From contig JAMCYI010000013.1 of NCBI GenBank assembly GCA_023474215.1, forward strand, positions 16,168 to 80,167: a stretch of 64,000 nt of DNA, in the 5' to 3' direction. This DNA is from Patescibacteria group bacterium (GTDB lineage Bacteria; Patescibacteriota; Minisyncoccia; UBA6257; GWB1-50-10). How positions within the stretch are numbered: the stretch's first letter is position 1; each line of letters opens with the position of its first letter. Position numbers and translations under genes: made by a program. The notes under the pieces are model-generated. The model did no database searches and was not told the origin of the DNA. It worked only from the letters and a program-made list of their open reading frames with translations. Shown one piece after another: positions 60,147 through 64,000 of this stretch.

Positions 60147-60698
60147 ATGTCAAAGATAGGCAAACAACCAATAACAATACCCGAAGGCGTCACCGTGACG
60201 GTTGCTGATAACCACGTTTCCGTAAAGGGCCCGAAGGGGGAGCTTACGATACCGATCCTTACGGGCATTACGGTTTCGATGGAGGACAAAGCCCTCACGA
60301 CGAAAGCGGAATCGCGCATCAAGCAAGTGAAGAGCAATTGGGGGACCGAACGAGCGCTCCTGCAAAATGCCGTAACGGGCGTCCTGAAAGGATTCGAAAA
60401 AACTCTCATTTTGGAAGGCGTCGGCTACCGCGTCATGAAAGAGGGTGAAAATTTGAACTTGAGCTTGGGATTTTCCCATCCGGTGAAATTCCCGGCTCCG
60501 AAAGGAATTTCCTTTGAAGTTGAAAAGAACTCGATCCTGAAGATAAGGGGGGTCGACAAGAACTTGGTCGGCAAAACGGCCGCGGACATACGGCAAATGA
60601 AGAAACCGGAACCGTACAAGGGTAAGGGATTCCACTACGAAGGGGAGGTGGTGCGAAGGAAGGCCGGCAAGAAAGCAGCAACCACATCAGCTGCATAA
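60147..60698 (+). CDS. rplF: 50S ribosomal protein L6.
   Basis: MSKIGKQPITIPEGV N-terminus. Confidence 0.93.
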   Translation: MSKIGKQPITIPEGVTVTVADNHVSVKGPKGELTIPILTGITVSMEDKALTTKAESRIKQVKSNWGTERALLQNAVTGVLKGFEKTLILEGVGYRVMKEGENLNLSLGFSHPVKFPAPKGISFEVEKNSILKIRGVDKNLVGKTAADIRQMKKPEPYKGKGFHYEGEVVRRKAGKKAATTSAA

Positions 60699-60701
60699 AC
60701 C

Positions 60702-61052
60702 ATGAAACAATCGTTAATCAACAAGAGGAATAATCGAAGGGCGATACGGACCCGGACGAAGATCAAGAGCGTCGGGAACGGCGTACGGCTTTCCGTTTTC
60801 AGAAGCAACACCAACGTCTACGCCCAAATCATCGACGATGCAACGGGGAAAACGCTCGTGTCGGCTTCTTCGCTTGAGACCAAAACAAAAGGAAAGAAAA
60901 CGGATGCTTCGAAAAATGTCGGAAAAACGATCGCAGAAAAAGCGCTGAAAGCGGGAATAAAGAAGGTGGTTTTTGACAAAGGGAAATACAAATATCACGG
61001 CCGGATCAAAGCGGTCGCCGAGGGCGCCCGGGAAGCGGGTCTTTCATTATAA
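60702..61052 (+). CDS. rplR: 50S ribosomal protein L18.
   Basis: Family pattern. Confidence 0.92.
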   Translation: MKQSLINKRNNRRAIRTRTKIKSVGNGVRLSVFRSNTNVYAQIIDDATGKTLVSASSLETKTKGKKTDASKNVGKTIAEKALKAGIKKVVFDKGKYKYHGRIKAVAEGAREAGLSL

Positions 61053-61057
61053 ATTCC

Positions 61058-61555
61058 ATGAATCCACGAAACCCACACATAAAAAAGAAACCGAGCGAAT
61101 TTCAGGAAAAAGTGCTCGAAATAAAAAGGGTCACGAGAGTCGTTGCCGGAGGAAAAAGAATGAGCTTCCGGGCGACCATCGTCATCGGCGACAAGAAGGG
61201 GAGGGTCGGCCTCGGCATCGGCAAGGGGCTCGATGTTGCCGCTTCCGTCGAAAAGGCAAAACGGCAGGCTCAGAAGAACCTCATTACGGTGAATTTGAAG
61301 GACAGCCGGACGATCCCTCATGAGATAGAAGAAAAATACAGCGCCGCCAGAATCCGCTTGAAGCCGGCAAAACTGAACCATGGTCTCATCGCCGGCGGAT
61401 CGGCCAGGACCGTCCTCGAGCTCGCGGGAGTGCGGGACGTCTCCGCAAAGATCCTCGGCAGAACTACCAATAAACTGACGAATGCGCTCGCAACCATGAA
61501 CGCCCTCCGGAAACTCGCAAAGAAAGCGGAACCGTCGACCCCCGAAACCGTTTAA
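61058..61555 (+). CDS. rpsE: 30S ribosomal protein S5.
   Basis: Family pattern. Confidence 0.95.
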   Translation: MNPRNPHIKKKPSEFQEKVLEIKRVTRVVAGGKRMSFRATIVIGDKKGRVGLGIGKGLDVAASVEKAKRQAQKNLITVNLKDSRTIPHEIEEKYSAARIRLKPAKLNHGLIAGGSARTVLELAGVRDVSAKILGRTTNKLTNALATMNALRKLAKKAEPSTPETV

Positions 61556-61560
61556 CATCC

Positions 61561-61983
61561 ATGCAAATACACGAATTAAAACCCAAACACGCCCTGCGGA
61601 AAGAAAAGAGGATCGGCCGGGGCGGAAAAAGAGGAACGACGTCCGGCGGCGGACAAAAAGGACAGAAATCGCGGGCTGGGCATAAAATACGTCCCGCCCA
61701 GCGCGACATGATCCAGCGGCTCCCGAAACTTCGAGGCGTGAAAAATCCCCCAAAGAAAAGAGGACAAATCGTCATCATCCACACAAGCCGGCTCGAGAGT
61801 GTCGCTGAAAACAAGGCGATATCTCCAAAAATACTCAAAGGAAAGGGTATAATAAAGAAAGATTCCGATCCGGTGAAAATCCTCTTCGACAAAGAACCCG
61901 GAGCGGCGTTTGCCGTCACGGGGCTCCGGCTTTCCGAAAAAGCGAAGGCCGCGATCCTGAAAGCGGGAGGCACGGTGGCGTAA
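61561..61983 (+). CDS. rplO: 50S ribosomal protein L15. It directly follows rpsE; there is no L30 gene.
   Basis: Gly-rich N-terminus GRGGKRGTTSGGG. Confidence 0.93.
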   Translation: MQIHELKPKHALRKEKRIGRGGKRGTTSGGGQKGQKSRAGHKIRPAQRDMIQRLPKLRGVKNPPKKRGQIVIIHTSRLESVAENKAISPKILKGKGIIKKDSDPVKILFDKEPGAAFAVTGLRLSEKAKAAILKAGGTVA

Positions 61984-61986
61984 TCC

Positions 61987-63258
61987 ATGAAAAAATTCCT
62001 TCAGATTTTCAAGATACCCGATTTAAGGAAAAAGGTCTTAAGCGTCCTTTTCCTGCTTTTTGTTTTCCGATTGATGGCCGCAATCCCGATCCCGGGAATC
62101 AACGCGGCGCAATTGCAGCAATTCTTATCATCCAACCAACTCTTCGGATTCTTGAACATCTTTTCAGGGGGAGGCATATCGAATCTTTCCATCATGATGC
62201 TCGGCGTCGGCCCTTACATCACGGCAACGATCATCATGCAGCTTTTAACGATCGTCTTTCCGCAACTCAAAAAGATCTACTATGAAGAAGGAGCCGAGGG
62301 ACAAGCAAAATTCAACCGGATCTCGCGCTATATCACGGTTCCTCTTGCCATCCTCCAGGCATACGGATTTTTGAACCTCTTAATATCTCAAAAAGTCTTG
62401 AACCCGCTTCCGTTTTCGAACGTCATTGCGAACGTCCTCGTCATTACGGCAGGAAGCGTATTCTTGATGTGGATCGGCGAACTCATTTCTGAATACAATA
62501 TCGGGAACGGCGTTTCCCTTATCATCTTCGCCGGCATCGTATCCGGCCTTCCAAGGGAAATCGGCGCCATGTTCTTCAATTACAATCCTTCGATGCTTCC
62601 AACCTACCTCGCCTTCGTCGTTCTTGCCGTGATCGTGATCGCGGGAGTCACCTTCATCAATGAAAGCGAACGGAAGATCCCCATTTCATACGCCAAACAA
62701 GTGCGGGGAATGAAGATGTACGGCGGCGTCTCGACATACTTACCGCTCAAGGTGAACCAAGCAGGCGTCATTCCCATTATTTTCGCCATCTCGCTCTTGC
62801 TCTTCCCGCAGTTCTTCGCACAAGCTGCCGCCGTCATATCGCCGGGCTTATCGGCAACCATGACAGCGTGGTCATCTTCCTTCTTCAATAATATTCCGTT
62901 GTACAGCTTGGCATATTTCATTCTTGTCGTTCTCTTCACATACTTCTATACCGCCATTACTTTCGATCCGGAAGAAATCGCAAAAAATCTGCAGCGGAGC
63001 GGCGGATTCATCCCCGGCATCCGGCCCGGCGAAGCAACGGCCGAGATGATAACGCGAGTGATCCATCGGATCACATTTTGGGGCGCGCTTTTCCTCGGCG
63101 TTGTCGCCATCCTTCCGAACTTGACGCAAATAGCGACCGGTATAACCTCCCTCACGATCGGCGGAACAGCACTCCTTATCGTCGTCGCCGTCGCCCTCGA
63201 GGTGATGAAAGCGGTTGAATCGCAACTCACCGTCAGGGAATACGAAGGAATAATGTAA
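61987..63258 (+). CDS. secY: Preprotein translocase SecY.
   Basis: Ten TM helices and SecY signatures. Confidence 0.97.
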   Translation: MKKFLQIFKIPDLRKKVLSVLFLLFVFRLMAAIPIPGINAAQLQQFLSSNQLFGFLNIFSGGGISNLSIMMLGVGPYITATIIMQLLTIVFPQLKKIYYEEGAEGQAKFNRISRYITVPLAILQAYGFLNLLISQKVLNPLPFSNVIANVLVITAGSVFLMWIGELISEYNIGNGVSLIIFAGIVSGLPREIGAMFFNYNPSMLPTYLAFVVLAVIVIAGVTFINESERKIPISYAKQVRGMKMYGGVSTYLPLKVNQAGVIPIIFAISLLLFPQFFAQAAAVISPGLSATMTAWSSSFFNNIPLYSLAYFILVVLFTYFYTAITFDPEEIAKNLQRSGGFIPGIRPGEATAEMITRVIHRITFWGALFLGVVAILPNLTQIATGITSLTIGGTALLIVVAVALEVMKAVESQLTVREYEGIM

Positions 63259-63941
63259 TGAAAACAGCCGTCGCCATTTACGGCCCTCCAGGCTCCGGGA
63301 AGGGAACTCAAGCAGAGCTCTTGGTAAAACGATACGGTTTTTTTCACTTTGACACCGGTGCGTATCTCCGGAGGCTTTTGAACGACCCTAAAAACAAGCA
63401 CGACAAGGAGATCCAAAAGGAGAAAAAATTGAACGACGAGGGGACCCTCAATACGCCCTCGTTCGTTCTGAAGCGGGTGAAAAAAGAAACCGAACGGATC
63501 TCGAGAACGGGCCAAAGCATCGTCTACAGCGGATCTCCGAGAACGCTCTTTGAGGCTTTTGGGGATACGAAGAACAAAGGATTGCTCGCTTTATTGAAAA
63601 AAGAATACGGACCGAAAAACGTCTTCATCGTGCAGCTCTTGGTAAATCCGAAAACCGCCGCAAAGCGGAATGCAGGGAGGCTTATGTGCTCGGTATGCGG
63701 ACTGCCTATCCTTGCAGCGTCGAAAGCAAAGACATGCTCCTTTTGCGGAGCGAAAGCCATGCGGAGGATCGATGACAATCCGAAGCTTTTCGCACACCGC
63801 CTCGATCAATACAAAAAGCGGACGTTCCCCATTTTGCTCAAAGCGGAAAAAGCTGGTTACGCCATTAAAAAAGTGAACGGGGAACCGGCGCCGTACCTCA
63901 TCCATCGGAAAATAGCCGCCCTCCTGCGCTTCGCAAAATAG
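63258..63941 (+). CDS. adk: Adenylate kinase with a zinc-binding LID.
   Basis: P-loop GPPGSGKGT and Cys4 LID (CSVCG...CSFCG). Confidence 0.93.
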   Translation: MKTAVAIYGPPGSGKGTQAELLVKRYGFFHFDTGAYLRRLLNDPKNKHDKEIQKEKKLNDEGTLNTPSFVLKRVKKETERISRTGQSIVYSGSPRTLFEAFGDTKNKGLLALLKKEYGPKNVFIVQLLVNPKTAAKRNAGRLMCSVCGLPILAASKAKTCSFCGAKAMRRIDDNPKLFAHRLDQYKKRTFPILLKAEKAGYAIKKVNGEPAPYLIHRKIAALLRFAK

Positions 63942-63945
63942 ACCA

Positions 63946-64000
63946 ATGGTTCTTCTTAAAAAAGACAAGGATATCGACGGCTTACGGAAGTCGGGGAAAA
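63946..64000 (+). CDS. map: Probable methionine aminopeptidase, 5' fragment; continues beyond the window.
   Basis: Canonical position after adk. Only 18 codons are visible. Confidence 0.4.
   Translation, partial: MVLLKKDKDIDGLRKSGK

Overview
This 64-kb window looks like part of a small, streamlined bacterial genome, probably a CPR/Patescibacteria-type organism. The core genes are compact: rpsE runs directly into rplO with no L30 gene, and ATP synthase delta/epsilon, rplC and hrcA are all short. The core blocks, mostly on the + strand, are: a CIRCE-controlled heat-shock operon hrcA-grpE-dnaK-(membrane ORF)-dnaJ; xseA-xseB; tRNA-Leu/parA/parB; a cluster of small nucleotide-processing enzymes (methyltransferase, two NUDIX, 2H phosphoesterase, deoxyribosyltransferase-like, xth); relA/spoT on the - strand; groES-groEL with a promoter plus CIRCE-like site; thyA-folA; lemA-htpX-pyrH-like; tRNA-Ser; an MliC-like lipoprotein; an ABC-2 exporter; the full F1Fo ATP synthase operon atpBEFHAGDC; dnaG-rpoD; and tRNA-Pro/rpmB/site-2 protease on the - strand. 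The 3' third of the window is the str-S10-spc ribosomal cluster through secY-adk-map. The first ~8.7 kb is accessory. It holds a fragment of a surface protein, a Cys-rich zinc-ribbon repeat protein, a MazG-like plus S66 peptidase pair, and a low-GC island of roughly 4.3 to 8.6 kb. That island carries a minimal nucleotidyltransferase and a tightly coupled operon encoding a 60-aa protein, a 23-aa hydrophobic peptide and two tandem HEPN-motif proteins, followed by membrane proteins of unknown function; I read it as a candidate toxin-antitoxin or abortive-infection defence module. Non-coding highlights are: (i) about 320 nt of non-coding DNA between rpsJ and rplC holding two inverted copies of a ~110-nt GC-rich core, each closed by a perfect 15- or 19-bp inverted repeat, with a third copy upstream of hrcA; this is a candidate structured RNA or repeat family. 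(ii) An unrelated ~90-bp GC-rich palindromic intergenic repeat at three loci. (iii) A LAGLIDADG homing endonuclease abutting tRNA-Leu. (iv) A tRNA-Ser 3'-end duplication that looks like an att scar. All calls rest on reading the sequence and recalling motifs; no database searches were run.
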